Of a stretch of DNA of 64,000 nt, positions 1 to 9,895 are shown one piece after another. The notes beneath the pieces were generated by a model. It saw only the letters and a program-made list of their open reading frames with translations, searched no databases and was not told the origin of the DNA. Positions within the stretch are counted from its first letter, which is position 1. Every line of letters begins with the position of its first letter. A program made the position numbers and the translations under genes. This DNA comes from Candidatus Moraniibacteriota bacterium (GTDB lineage Bacteria; Patescibacteriota; Minisyncoccia; Moranbacterales; GCA-2747515). The DNA is taken from contig CP175956.1 in assembly GCA_046116545.1 (NCBI GenBank), positions 769,734 through 833,733 on the forward strand. The letters run 5' to 3'.

Positions 1-1186
1 TATTTTTCTTTACTTTACGTAAAAACTTAATACTTTTTTCATTTGATAACTGAGCCTTTTCAACATTCTGCTCTATTGCCTTAATTAATTCTACAAAAAA
101 ATCATCCATGACACTTTCATCTTCAGTGTAGCTCGCATCATAAATTGTACTAATATTTTTCAAAACACCACTATATATTTTTTGAGTGATTGTGTCATCA
201 CATAATTTTGGACTTAAAAGATAGTCCTCCAAATTATATTCACCTATAAATTCAAGTTTATATAACAATATATCCTCATTAAATTTAACTGTTTCAAAGT
301 ACGGAAACACTGATTCATAATCAGGACCTAATTTATTTTTAAAATTATTATAAATAGCTAACTCCTCCTCAGCCTCTTTTATCGAACCAGACTTATATAT
401 CCAATTACCATATTTAAACACAATAGCCTCAGATGAACCACTTAAAACAGTTGCCTTATACGGCTCTTTAATGTTCAATGTTTCAATTGCATAATTATAA
501 TATCTGTTTTTCATAATATCACTAAATAAAAATGAAAATGCTGCTTCTAAATACTTTGTATCTTTTATACTAATATCAGCAACATCTGACTTATTTTCTT
601 TATTTATGTATATAGTTTTAAATCCTAATTGTTTGGCTGGAATGATATCTGACTCTTCTTGATCTCCCATTGCAACTATTTGCTCTGGTTTTATATTATA
701 TTCATTTGCAATATATGTAAAACGATTTCCAAAAACTTTTCTTTTATCACCCTCTCCTGACAATATTTTTCCCTCAAAAAATGAATCGATGTTCAACTCC
801 TTCAATACATTCTCAATCCATTTTCTTGGTGCATCTGACGTTAATAAAAATTGATATTCCTTACTCATTCTCATTAATATGTTTTCTAAATTATCATATT
901 TTATTATTAAATTTTTTGGATCTATATCCCACACATAATCAAAATATTCATATCTATCCAAATTATATTTTTCTTCTAATGCTATACTAATATTTTCACC
1001 GTATTCTATTTTAATATTTTTTAAAATTTCAGATGCTTCTTCCTTACTTTTATTTAATTTAATTTGAATATATTTAGCAGCATTTTTTAACATTTCTTTG
1101 TTCAATTCAGAATTCGAAAAAGAACCTCCTTTAAGTTTATACAGAGTACCATCTAGATCAAAAATTATTAATTTGTTTGGATTCAT
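1..1186 (-). CDS. HAD-superfamily hydrolase N-domain fused to a C-terminal domain of unknown function; start codon at 1186, C-terminus runs off the window start
   Basis: My translation of the minus strand from the ATG at 1184-1186 gives MNPNKLIIFDLDGTLYKL (HAD motif I DxDGT) and a later ...AMGDQEESD (motif IV-like). The ORF track does not list it because the frame is open to the window edge. Confidence 0.55.
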   Translation of the reverse strand, partial: MNPNKLIIFDLDGTLYKLKGGSFSNSELNKEMLKNAAKYIQIKLNKSKEEASEILKNIKIEYGENISIALEEKYNLDRYEYFDYVWDIDPKNLIIKYDNLENILMRMSKEYQFLLTSDAPRKWIENVLKELNIDSFFEGKILSGEGDKRKVFGNRFTYIANEYNIKPEQIVAMGDQEESDIIPAKQLGFKTIYINKENKSDVADISIKDTKYLEAAFSFLFSDIMKNRYYNYAIETLNIKEPYKATVLSGSSEAIVFKYGNWIYKSGSIKEAEEELAIYNNFKNKLGPDYESVFPYFETVKFNEDILLYKLEFIGEYNLEDYLLSPKLCDDTITQKIYSGVLKNISTIYDASYTEDESVMDDFFVELIKAIEQNVEKAQLSNEKSIKFLRKVKKN

Positions 1187-1371
1187 ACTTTAAAAATATA
1201 TTTACATTAAAAAAATTAAACAAGTTTCTTACGAGAAGCTTGTTTAATTTAATTCTTTCAACTTATACAACATTAAACAAAAACCTCTCAAAAGAAACTA
1301 CTTTTGTGATGATGTTCTGCATAATTATATTCCATATTTAGAAATTGTTGCATAATTTTATACATCGTTAA

Positions 1372-1914
1372 TTACTTTTCACTTTCAATTAATTCGATTA
1401 TTTTAGAAACAGCCTCTTCTGCTGTATCTACTCCAATCGCTTTCATTCGCTTTCTGCTATCAAAATATTGATCAGCCATCTTATCAGCCCAGCCACCCGT
1501 ACCTCTCACTACAACTACTGGTATATTCAATTGATATGCAACAAGCATTTCATTCATTGTTCCAGACCCTCCAGAAACTGCAATAAGTCCATCACAACTG
1601 TTAACTAAGACAAATTCTCTTCCTCCACCACGTTCCAAGCCAGAACATATAATAACATCTGTATTACCTTCTTTATCCCATACATCCTTACCCTTACCAT
1701 AAGTAATACCCACTGTTAGACCATTCTCTTTCTTTGCCCCTCTTGCTGCTGCAGTAGATAATGAATCATAATCTTTTTCTGCACCATAAACTGTTGTATT
1801 TCCAGTTTTTGCAATTCCACCACCAATCTTTTCAGCAATTGACTCAACTTCTGCAGAATATTCTGTGTCTGCAGCAGAACCCATTACCCCAATCTGTAAT
1901 TTTCGTTTATTCAT
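1372..1914 (-). CDS. LOG/TIGR00725-family Rossmann-fold nucleotide-binding protein (lysine-decarboxylase-like)
   Basis: Track ORF of 180 aa with IGVMGSAAD near the N-terminus and SGGSGTMNEM (PGGxGTxxE-like LOG motif). Confidence 0.55.
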   Translation of the reverse strand: MNKRKLQIGVMGSAADTEYSAEVESIAEKIGGGIAKTGNTTVYGAEKDYDSLSTAAARGAKKENGLTVGITYGKGKDVWDKEGNTDVIICSGLERGGGREFVLVNSCDGLIAVSGGSGTMNEMLVAYQLNIPVVVVRGTGGWADKMADQYFDSRKRMKAIGVDTAEEAVSKIIELIESEK

Positions 1915-2103
1915 AAATATTCATAATAAAAATAATCTTAATGATAAGTGTACTACTTATTATTGAAAAAATCAATGCTTCACATCAACTCATCTAAAAT
2001 GACACCAGAAACACTCCTCCAACAACTCATTAAAGTTGCTAATAAAAAAATCCAGATAATGTATAAAACATTATCTGGATTGAATAAACTATCAACAGTA
2101 ATT

Positions 2104-3096
2104 TTAATTTATAAAATCTTTAATCGTCAATATATTCCCTGAATCCGTTGAAATAGTAGCTTTACCTCCTATCGGATAAATAAACATTGGACGAGTATGT
2201 CCAAAATCCATATTTGCTACAATCGGAATATTTCGAATCTGCTCACGTTCATTCACTATCTGCTGTATCACTCCTTTTGTGATATTTGTACTTGATTCAA
2301 AACGGCCAAACATGATTCCTTTAATAGTTGCATTTTTTTGTTGCAATAAGGAATCAAGGTTTCTGATAAATTCTCCTGAAAATTCACATGTGAAAATATC
2401 ATCATCCTCTATAAAAAGAATTACATCTTTTAACTTTGGCATAAACTCTGTACCTTGTAATAATCCGATTGTACATAGATTTCCTCCGAGTGCACTACCA
2501 GTTACTTTACCTGATTGTATGATGTATGGACCATCATTTTTCTTAGCCTTTGTTTTTAAGGCTTTTTCGCTTGCTCCATCAGTCCATCTTTTTGATGACT
2601 TTGGCGTAATTACCTGTCCACTCATAAACACATCTTGAAAACATTTTAATATATATTTTCGATGACGTTGTGCAATAAATGTTGAAAAGTTAGGCCCACA
2701 AAATGTGACAAGACCTGTCTTGGCATAAATAGCATGTGTCAAGGCAGTTACATCTGAATAGCCACATACAATCTTAGGATTTTTTTTAATAATACTAAAA
2801 TCTATAAGTGGTAAAATCTGATTCAAGTGATATCCCCCAGATACTGACCAAACCATCTGCACATCTGGATCTTCAAAAGCTTCGACTAAATCATCCACTC
2901 GTTCTTGTACACTTGCAACTTCAAAGAGACTTTCTTTTCTAAAGTTTTTTGAAAAAGTAATATTCAAACCCATCCGCTCAAAAACTTTAGAAACCTGCAG
3001 TAAATCATTCTTTTTAAACTGTGCTCCTGTTGTTGATGGTGCAATTACTCGTATAGTATCTCCCTTCTTCAGCTTAGTTGGTAATATTTTTTTCAT
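2104..3096 (-). CDS. ldcA: LD-carboxypeptidase (peptidase S66, LdcA-like)
   Basis: 330 aa ORF with GYSDVTALTHAIY (S66 nucleophile-elbow motif) and GGNLCTI near the C-terminus. Confidence 0.65.
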   Translation of the reverse strand: MKKILPTKLKKGDTIRVIAPSTTGAQFKKNDLLQVSKVFERMGLNITFSKNFRKESLFEVASVQERVDDLVEAFEDPDVQMVWSVSGGYHLNQILPLIDFSIIKKNPKIVCGYSDVTALTHAIYAKTGLVTFCGPNFSTFIAQRHRKYILKCFQDVFMSGQVITPKSSKRWTDGASEKALKTKAKKNDGPYIIQSGKVTGSALGGNLCTIGLLQGTEFMPKLKDVILFIEDDDIFTCEFSGEFIRNLDSLLQQKNATIKGIMFGRFESSTNITKGVIQQIVNEREQIRNIPIVANMDFGHTRPMFIYPIGGKATISTDSGNILTIKDFIN

Positions 3097-3105
3097 ATCC
3101 GTTCC

Positions 3106-4209
3106 TTATTCTCCAGCCATCCGCTCTTTAATCTTTGTAATGCAAATATCCATCCCTGCAAACAGAGGGTCTACTATACCCGTATTTTTAGCAAAAATAT
3201 AAGCAGTACTTCGACACCCACCCAAACAAATTGAATGGTACTTACAATTATCTACATGACAATCATCACGCAACTTCTTTGATAGTTCTTCTGAATCTAA
3301 AACACTATTCAAATTTGAAATTGTTTTATCTTCAAAATTAACAGTTCCCAATCGAAAAATCTCTTCATCCATGGCAAAAAAACAACCATAAACATTTCCA
3401 CTTCTCAATGAAACACCCGCATATTGTCCATCTATAGCTGGACATAAATACTTTGGATTATTCCACTTTTCTGCTCGTCTTTGCATCTTTTCCTTTGCCT
3501 CAGCAATGGTTTTGCCATAAAAATCTGGACCAAAACTTAAATTATAGCTGAAATACAGATTTGGATACATCAATTTACACCGCTCAACTGTTTTAACAAT
3601 TTCTTTTGCATCATACAAATCAAGCCAAATATCTTTCATTGACCTAGCATTACCAACAGGCTTTAATCGAATCAGCACTAACCTATCAACTCCAAGCAAA
3701 GAACATTTTTTTGCCAAAGCATCAATAGAATTTTTTGTAACTTTTGATAAAATAGTATTAACAATAACAGTAAGTCCAGCACGCTTACACAGTTTTATAT
3801 TGTGCATAATCATATTGTACTGCTCTCGTGTAATACGATTAAAAAAATTATGCTCTTCATAATTAGCGAAAAGAGTTATTTTGATTCTTTCAACGCCTCC
3901 ATCAAGCAAAGTTTGAATATATTGTTCATTTAACAAAATACCATTTGACAATACAACTTTTTGACGTGCCACTTCAGACATAATCGGAACAGTATTCATA
4001 GAAGTAGTAATTTCCATCGGATACATGAAATATCCAGCATTCTCAAATTCTCGCGATAACCATTGAACATTTTCCTCATCACTCTGCAATGTTCTTTTTG
4101 AAAGTTTACCTTCTTCTTGAAAAAAACATTGACGACAATTTAAATTACAGGAACTTCCAATATTCAAAAAATCCAAGTGAATAACATCTTCTTTTTGAAT
4201 AGCTTTCAT
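3106..4209 (-). CDS. radical SAM protein with C-terminal SPASM domain (maturase-type)
   Basis: CNLNCRQC (CxxxCxxC) at the N-terminus and CKYHSICLGGCRSTAY in a C-terminal Cys-rich SPASM-like segment. A GGAGG Shine-Dalgarno lies just upstream of the ATG at 4209. Confidence 0.7.
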   Translation of the reverse strand: MKAIQKEDVIHLDFLNIGSSCNLNCRQCFFQEEGKLSKRTLQSDEENVQWLSREFENAGYFMYPMEITTSMNTVPIMSEVARQKVVLSNGILLNEQYIQTLLDGGVERIKITLFANYEEHNFFNRITREQYNMIMHNIKLCKRAGLTVIVNTILSKVTKNSIDALAKKCSLLGVDRLVLIRLKPVGNARSMKDIWLDLYDAKEIVKTVERCKLMYPNLYFSYNLSFGPDFYGKTIAEAKEKMQRRAEKWNNPKYLCPAIDGQYAGVSLRSGNVYGCFFAMDEEIFRLGTVNFEDKTISNLNSVLDSEELSKKLRDDCHVDNCKYHSICLGGCRSTAYIFAKNTGIVDPLFAGMDICITKIKERMAGE

Positions 4210-4330
4210 CTGACATCCTCCTTTTTTTGGTTATTGTTAAAAAACTATAGTTTTTTACTCTACCATGTAATTTATTTTATGTAAATTATATATGCACATT
4301 GCTTTACATTTATTTATACTGTCAACTAAT

Positions 4331-4371
4331 AAAAAATTAAAAACACATACCATTTATAATGATATGTGTTT
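4331..4371 (-). terminator. rho-independent terminator downstream of the PRTase-like gene
   Basis: Hairpin AAACACATA/TATGTGTTT with an A-run on the + strand (a U-tract on the minus transcript) at 4331-4342. Confidence 0.45.
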
Positions 4372-4400
4372 TGCTTACGCTCCCTCCGACAACGGATAGA

Positions 4401-5390
4401 TCAGTAAGATTCAACAAGTATTCTGTTGAGGTAATTAGATATCTCAGTATCTCTACTTGGGAATACAGTTGAATCAACCGCAACCGGGACTGAAACTCGT
4501 GGATTAATTCCCTGTAAATCACCAAATGTTATGCGCCTGCCTTTATTTGCTACATCAAGCTTTTCAAAAAACTCAATAGAACTTCTTAAACAAAATGAGG
4601 CAAGGTTGTATGAAACGGCATTTGAAATCGATGCCCAATCATTCATAGGTGCAAATGGTGTTATATATGGAACCGAGAATGAAGTGCCATTTTTATCATA
4701 AAATGGCATAAACGAATCCAATAATTGAACACCAACAACGCGACCACAATTAGGTGCTCCAGGGAAAAAGTCATGATCAGGAACCCAATCAATCAAGTGC
4801 TCTATATCATGAACATAATCCACATCAACATCATCCAAAACTGCATTCAGTCTATCAATGCCCTTTGGAAATGCAAAACATGCTACAACATCCGTAACTT
4901 TCACCCGATGTTTTTTGAGATGTTTAATGATGCACTCAATAGTCTCACCTGAGAAAATACCATCTTCTGCAAGAATAACTGGCTTACCATTCGCTAAGCT
5001 TGCTATACTCGCACATTGAGTGTCCAGAGAATCATGACCTGGTCGTGTACCAATGCCAATGATGTTTCCACCTCCATCAACCAGCCTGTTCACCTCCAAA
5101 GTTCGTCCTCTGTTTGGAACAGCAAAGTCAACACATGTGCTAACAACAAATACATCTCGTCCATTTTGCTTATTACCAACCAGACTCAAAACATCTTTAG
5201 ACATCGACTCTATTGTTACAAGCTTTACATCCGCAGTTGGATAAACATCCTTTTTAATGATCTGCTGCACTGACTTTTGAAAATTATGAAAAAAATCTTC
5301 AGAATCCTCAGGCAATTCCAGGTTATTACAATGTCGAACCTGCGTGAATTGCCTATGCAAATCACAACTAATCAAGTATGTCTTTTTCAT
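4401..5390 (-). CDS. hypothetical protein with a phosphoribosyltransferase-like motif
   Basis: 329 aa ORF with VILAEDGIFSGETIECI, which resembles the PRTase PRPP-binding loop (VLIVDDvlTTGgT). The rest has no recognisable family. Confidence 0.35.
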   Translation of the reverse strand: MKKTYLISCDLHRQFTQVRHCNNLELPEDSEDFFHNFQKSVQQIIKKDVYPTADVKLVTIESMSKDVLSLVGNKQNGRDVFVVSTCVDFAVPNRGRTLEVNRLVDGGGNIIGIGTRPGHDSLDTQCASIASLANGKPVILAEDGIFSGETIECIIKHLKKHRVKVTDVVACFAFPKGIDRLNAVLDDVDVDYVHDIEHLIDWVPDHDFFPGAPNCGRVVGVQLLDSFMPFYDKNGTSFSVPYITPFAPMNDWASISNAVSYNLASFCLRSSIEFFEKLDVANKGRRITFGDLQGINPRVSVPVAVDSTVFPSRDTEISNYLNRILVESY

Positions 5391-5408
5391 TGTACAGCCC
5401 TCCTATAA

Positions 5409-6731
5409 TTAAGGATTTTTAAGTTTTTGTAATAATTCAGATTCAACAAGACTTTCTTGCGTTCCATTTACAAAATCTTTTAACGTATAAACACCTTTTT
5501 CAATCTCATCTTCACCAATGAAAATCACAAATGGTATACCTTTCCTATTAGCATACTTCAACTTCTGTTTCAATTTCCCATTACTAAATGAAATTTCTGT
5601 AGCAATGTTATCATTCCTCAAAGCTGTTGCTATTGCAATACTGCTATCAATATCATCTGTCATCGGAATAATCAACACTCTTGTCTTTGTTGAAGATTTT
5701 ATCTCCAACAAACCCTTCTTGCGAAGTTGGTCAAAGAGTCGCGTCAATCCGATAGAAATACCAACACCTGGTAATTTGCGATCAGTATACGCACTTGCGA
5801 GATCATCATATCGTCCACCAGAACATACAGACCCAAACTCTGGATACTCATCCAGTTGTGTCTCATAGACTGTTCCTGTGTAATAATCCAAACCACGTGC
5901 TATCGTAAGATCAATTACAAAATTTGACTCCGGCACACCAAACTGCTTCATCATCTCTGTAACTTTCTGCAATTCTTCTACACCTTCATCAAACTGAGCA
6001 CTCTCAATATTCAAGTTGCTCAAGCCTTCTAAGACACAAGCTGCATCACCCTTCAAGGAAAGAAATTCAAAAATACGATCAACTGTTGCTTTAGTAACTC
6101 CCAACTCAATCAGCTCATCTACAACAGCATCACGTCCTATTTTCTCCAACTTATCGATAGAACGCATAATATCAGCTGAAAGATTCGTAATTTCCAATCC
6201 TTCAAATAGTCCATTGAAAACCTTACGATTATTCACACGAATTGTGAATGCGTCAAAGCCAAGTTTTTTGAAAATCATATAGATTACACTTGGAATTTCA
6301 GCATCAAACCGCAAATCCAACACTTCATCACCTATGACATCAATATCACACTGGTAGAACTCACGAAAGCGTCCTGCTTGAGATCGTTCACCTCTAAAAA
6401 CTTTTCCTATAGCATATCTTCGAAATGGAAAAGCAATTTCACCATAGTGTTCAACTACATAACGAGAAAGTGGTACTGTAAGATCAAACCGCATCGCAAG
6501 CTCAGAACTGCCCTTAGTAAATCTGTAGATTTGTTTTTCAGTCTCTCCCCCAGCTTTAGCAAGTAATGCCTCTGCACGCTCCAGAATCGGCGTATTAATC
6601 GGCGAAAAACCAAATGTTTCATATGACTGCCGAATCACGTCAAGCATATCATTAAATACAATTTGTTCTTCTGGTAATAATTCCATGAAACCTGAAAGTG
6701 CTCTTGTTGTAACTCCATTTTTTTTACTCAT
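5409..6731 (-). CDS. hisS: histidyl-tRNA synthetase
   Basis: 440 aa class II aaRS with an N-terminus typical of HisRS (…LPEEQ…, RFDLTVPLSRYV, FRGERSQAGRFREFYQCD). Confidence 0.9.
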   Translation of the reverse strand: MSKKNGVTTRALSGFMELLPEEQIVFNDMLDVIRQSYETFGFSPINTPILERAEALLAKAGGETEKQIYRFTKGSSELAMRFDLTVPLSRYVVEHYGEIAFPFRRYAIGKVFRGERSQAGRFREFYQCDIDVIGDEVLDLRFDAEIPSVIYMIFKKLGFDAFTIRVNNRKVFNGLFEGLEITNLSADIMRSIDKLEKIGRDAVVDELIELGVTKATVDRIFEFLSLKGDAACVLEGLSNLNIESAQFDEGVEELQKVTEMMKQFGVPESNFVIDLTIARGLDYYTGTVYETQLDEYPEFGSVCSGGRYDDLASAYTDRKLPGVGISIGLTRLFDQLRKKGLLEIKSSTKTRVLIIPMTDDIDSSIAIATALRNDNIATEISFSNGKLKQKLKYANRKGIPFVIFIGEDEIEKGVYTLKDFVNGTQESLVESELLQKLKNP

Positions 6732-7064
6732 ATTAATCTCCTCCTAATTACAATTTATGTTAATGTACTTTAATAATAACTAACACCCTTATTAGTTTGT
6801 CTCAAAGTAGCATTTGAAACCTGTTTTGTCAATAAATAACTCAATATAATTTAATTTTAATTATAAGTATTTATATAAAACTAGTTTCATTAAAAAAATA
6901 TTTTCTTAATATATTTTCATTATACATCAAATAAAAGAACTGCCCAATTTTTGTACAACAAAAAATTACTTCAACATTTCAATATATTAATAATTATAAT
7001 AAATACACAAAATATATCATTGCAAAAAATTTATTTTGTTGATAAGTTACGAAATAGTAAAAAA

Positions 7065-8735
7065 TCACCTTCGTTTGAACATTTTTTCTAGTTCTTCTTT
7101 TGATATTTCAACTTGACTAGGACGACCATGCGGACATGTATACCCCGTATTTGTTTCTTGTAATTTTTCTAATAGACGACGGCGTTCTTCCACTGTTAAA
7201 TAATCTCCTGCTTTTATAGCACTACGACACGCCAAATAATCCAAAGTTCTCTCAGTACGATAATCTAACTCTAGCGGTTCTTTTTCAGTTGCCATGTCAT
7301 CCAACATTTCTTTGATCAAAGCTGCCAAATCTCTGTCTTTGAAAAACTCCGGCACAGAAGTTAGTTTAAACGTATTTTCTCCAAAATCTTCAATGATAAA
7401 ACCTATGCTTTGAATTTCCTCTTGCTTCTCTATCAAAAAATCTGCTTCTTTCTTTGGCAATTCAATAATCACTGGGTCTTTCAATTCAACAATTTGCTTA
7501 TCTAAATTTTGATAAGCATCTTTTAATTCTTCAAACAAAATTCTCTCATGAGCAGCATGTTGATCGGTTATCATTAAACCTTTTCCTGTTTCATTGATCA
7601 AATACGTATTGTGAAGCTGAGCCACTTCGACCTTAGAATAATCCTTTTCTTTTACTGTCCATAAGTCAGTTGTCTTTTTCACAATATCTGCACTATTTCC
7701 ATCAAAGTCTGTTTCCTCTTGATCCGAGTTAAGCTGATAAGTTAGATCATTTTTAGTCAAAGTATCTTGAATCGCACTAGTTAAAGCATCCAACATTTCT
7801 TTTTGATTCAATATTTTCACTTCTTCCTTTCGTGGATGAACATTAACATCTATACTTTGTGCAGGCATTGTCACAAACAACATGAAAACTGGATAATCTC
7901 TAGGAGACAACAATGACTGATATGTTTCTCTAACACGCAGTGCAATTGCAGGATTTTTAATTGCACGATTATTTATAAAAAGAAATTGTCTTGACCTCGT
8001 TTTTGTAGATATTTGTGGCCTACCTATAAAACCACTTATTTGCGAATAAGCCGAACTAGCCTCAATTGGTAAAAGGTGCGAGAAAATCTCCAAACCCAAA
8101 ACTTTCTGAACCCGAGCCTCCAAAGTATCTCCAGACAAAAAACGAAAAACTTCCTTATCATTATGAGTCAAACTAAAACTAATTTCTGGAAAAGTTAATG
8201 CTACATTACTTACCACTTGAAAAATCTTGCGAGTAACATTGCTTTTTGATTTCACAAAACGCAGACGTGCTGGAGTATTTACAAACAAATCCGAAACTGT
8301 AACAACCGTTCCTCTGTTCATAGCAATTTCTTTTATTTCTATCTCACCCGTAGCTAATGAAGTCAATTGATACGCAATATCCGCCTCACTAGTTTTACTC
8401 TTAATAACAAAATTACTCACAGCACTGATACTAGCAAGTGCTTCACCCCTAAATCCCAGTGAATCAATATTCCAAAGATCATCAATATCCGATATTTTAC
8501 TCGTAGTATGTAAATTTATAGAATTCTCCAAATCTTCTCTACCCATCCCCACTCCATCATCCACAATACTTATCTTTTTGAAACCAGCACCTTCAATATC
8601 AACCTTAATATTTTTTGCTCCCGCATCAATAGCATTCTCAAGCAATTCCTTAACAACCGAAGCAGGACTTTCCACCACTTCTCCAGCCGCAATTTTACTC
8701 ACTAATTCTTTTGATAATTGTTTTATTTTACTCAT
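7065..8735 (-). CDS. mutL: DNA mismatch repair protein MutL
   Basis: N-terminal GHKL ATPase motifs: LSKELVSKIAAGEVVESPASVVKELLENAIDAGA and IVDDGVGMGREDL. Confidence 0.9.
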   Translation of the reverse strand: MSKIKQLSKELVSKIAAGEVVESPASVVKELLENAIDAGAKNIKVDIEGAGFKKISIVDDGVGMGREDLENSINLHTTSKISDIDDLWNIDSLGFRGEALASISAVSNFVIKSKTSEADIAYQLTSLATGEIEIKEIAMNRGTVVTVSDLFVNTPARLRFVKSKSNVTRKIFQVVSNVALTFPEISFSLTHNDKEVFRFLSGDTLEARVQKVLGLEIFSHLLPIEASSAYSQISGFIGRPQISTKTRSRQFLFINNRAIKNPAIALRVRETYQSLLSPRDYPVFMLFVTMPAQSIDVNVHPRKEEVKILNQKEMLDALTSAIQDTLTKNDLTYQLNSDQEETDFDGNSADIVKKTTDLWTVKEKDYSKVEVAQLHNTYLINETGKGLMITDQHAAHERILFEELKDAYQNLDKQIVELKDPVIIELPKKEADFLIEKQEEIQSIGFIIEDFGENTFKLTSVPEFFKDRDLAALIKEMLDDMATEKEPLELDYRTERTLDYLACRSAIKAGDYLTVEERRRLLEKLQETNTGYTCPHGRPSQVEISKEELEKMFKRR

Positions 8736-8746
8736 ACAACTAATAT

Positions 8747-8781
8747 CCCCCTCTCCCTCTGGGAGAGGGTTGGGGTGAGGG
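8747..8781 (+). repeat. GC-rich palindrome CCCTCTCCC-tct-GGGAGAGGG followed by a G-run motif (GGGagaGGGttGGGGtgaGGG)
   Basis: Seen directly at 8749-8757/8761-8769. It has four G-tracts separated by 2-3 nt, inside an otherwise AT-rich intergenic region just upstream of the mutL start. Confidence 0.5.
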
Positions 8782-8992
8782 TCTTAATATACTTCAATTA
8801 TACAACTATACCACAAATACAAATCTAGATTCTATCACGTCATAAAAAATCACAAATCACATGTCATTCCAGAAATGTTTATTTTTTGTAGGGACAGTGC
8901 CTTGTGCCTGTCCGTTCAATACTGATTAGTAAAAAATATCATTGTCCGGAATCTATACTAACAAATTTAAAGAAAGTCTTTGTTACAATAAT

Positions 8993-9016
8993 ATTCCTGC
9001 CTTCGCAGGAATGACA
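8993..9016. repeat. REP-like palindromic element ATTCCTGCCTTCGCAGGAATGACA (copy 1 of 3)
   Basis: Identical 24-mers occur at 25838-25861 and 33249-33272; the stem ATTCCTGC/GCAGGAAT has a CTTC loop. Confidence 0.7.
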
Positions 9017-9117
9017 CGGATAGTTACATTTTTTCATTTGTACAAGGACATTTTTCATGATAATATTTACAAATAAAACACTAAATATTCACATTTTATG
9101 AAATAAAAAATAACTTT

Positions 9118-9402
9118 ATGAATTTTGAAAAACCACAATTTAACAAAACTGAGATTGAAGGAACGTTCTTTAGCTTTGATGAAAATGGCTTTGTAAGATT
9201 TGGTGATGTTGCCAGATCTTTGCTTCAACAACAAGCTCAATATGCAAGCCGTTATACAGATGGAACGTTAGAAGATTATCCAAATCTCGGAAAGGAACTA
9301 AAATTTGAAGGTAATTCAAGTGATTATCACAGTTTAAAAATCCACAAAGACGACATCCAAGAGTTTATTAACAGAGTGAGGAAACATCGCGAACAGTTAT
9401 AA
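9118..9402 (+). CDS. hypothetical protein
   Basis: 94 aa ORF, the first of a 4-gene plus-strand block between mutL and mutS. Confidence 0.4.
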   Translation: MNFEKPQFNKTEIEGTFFSFDENGFVRFGDVARSLLQQQAQYASRYTDGTLEDYPNLGKELKFEGNSSDYHSLKIHKDDIQEFINRVRKHREQL

Positions 9403-9424
9403 ATATTTAATTATTTTTTCAAAT

Positions 9425-9808
9425 ATGAAGGAAAATAAAATTACAGTTATTATTGACAAACCCCTTGCGGAGGTATTTGAGTTTACTACAAATCCCAAAA
9501 ATACTCATTTATGGATTCCTTCCATTTCAGAAGAAATTGCTGACGAATATCCTCCAAAAATAAATACAAAATATAGAAATCGTGGAAATACTGATGATTG
9601 GAATGAATACAAAGTTATGGATTTTCAAAAAAATAAAGTATTTATTTTATTTAATGTGAAAGATGCTTATTTTGTGAAATATACTTATCACCAGTTAGAT
9701 AATAATAAAACTGAACTAGAATACTTTGAATGGATGACTACCGGAGAATTAACTAATCCTTTTACAGAAGATATTTTGGAGAATTTGAAAAAAGTAATGG
9801 AAGGATAA
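9425..9808 (+). CDS. SRPBCC (Bet v1/START-like) domain protein
   Basis: 127 aa. Its size and the pattern of alternating beta-rich segments fit the polyketide-cyclase/AHSA1 fold. The call is weak. Confidence 0.35.
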   Translation: MKENKITVIIDKPLAEVFEFTTNPKNTHLWIPSISEEIADEYPPKINTKYRNRGNTDDWNEYKVMDFQKNKVFILFNVKDAYFVKYTYHQLDNNKTELEYFEWMTTGELTNPFTEDILENLKKVMEG

Positions 9809-9895
9809 TTTTATTGGCTTTATTACGACCCTCTTACAGATTTTTCTACCCAAATACGAAAAGTGTATATTGTATAAATTAGTATATTTTATATT

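Noticed and set aside
781-990. 69-aa plus-strand ORF
   Set aside because: It is antisense to the HAD-hydrolase coding region, low-complexity, and has no start context.
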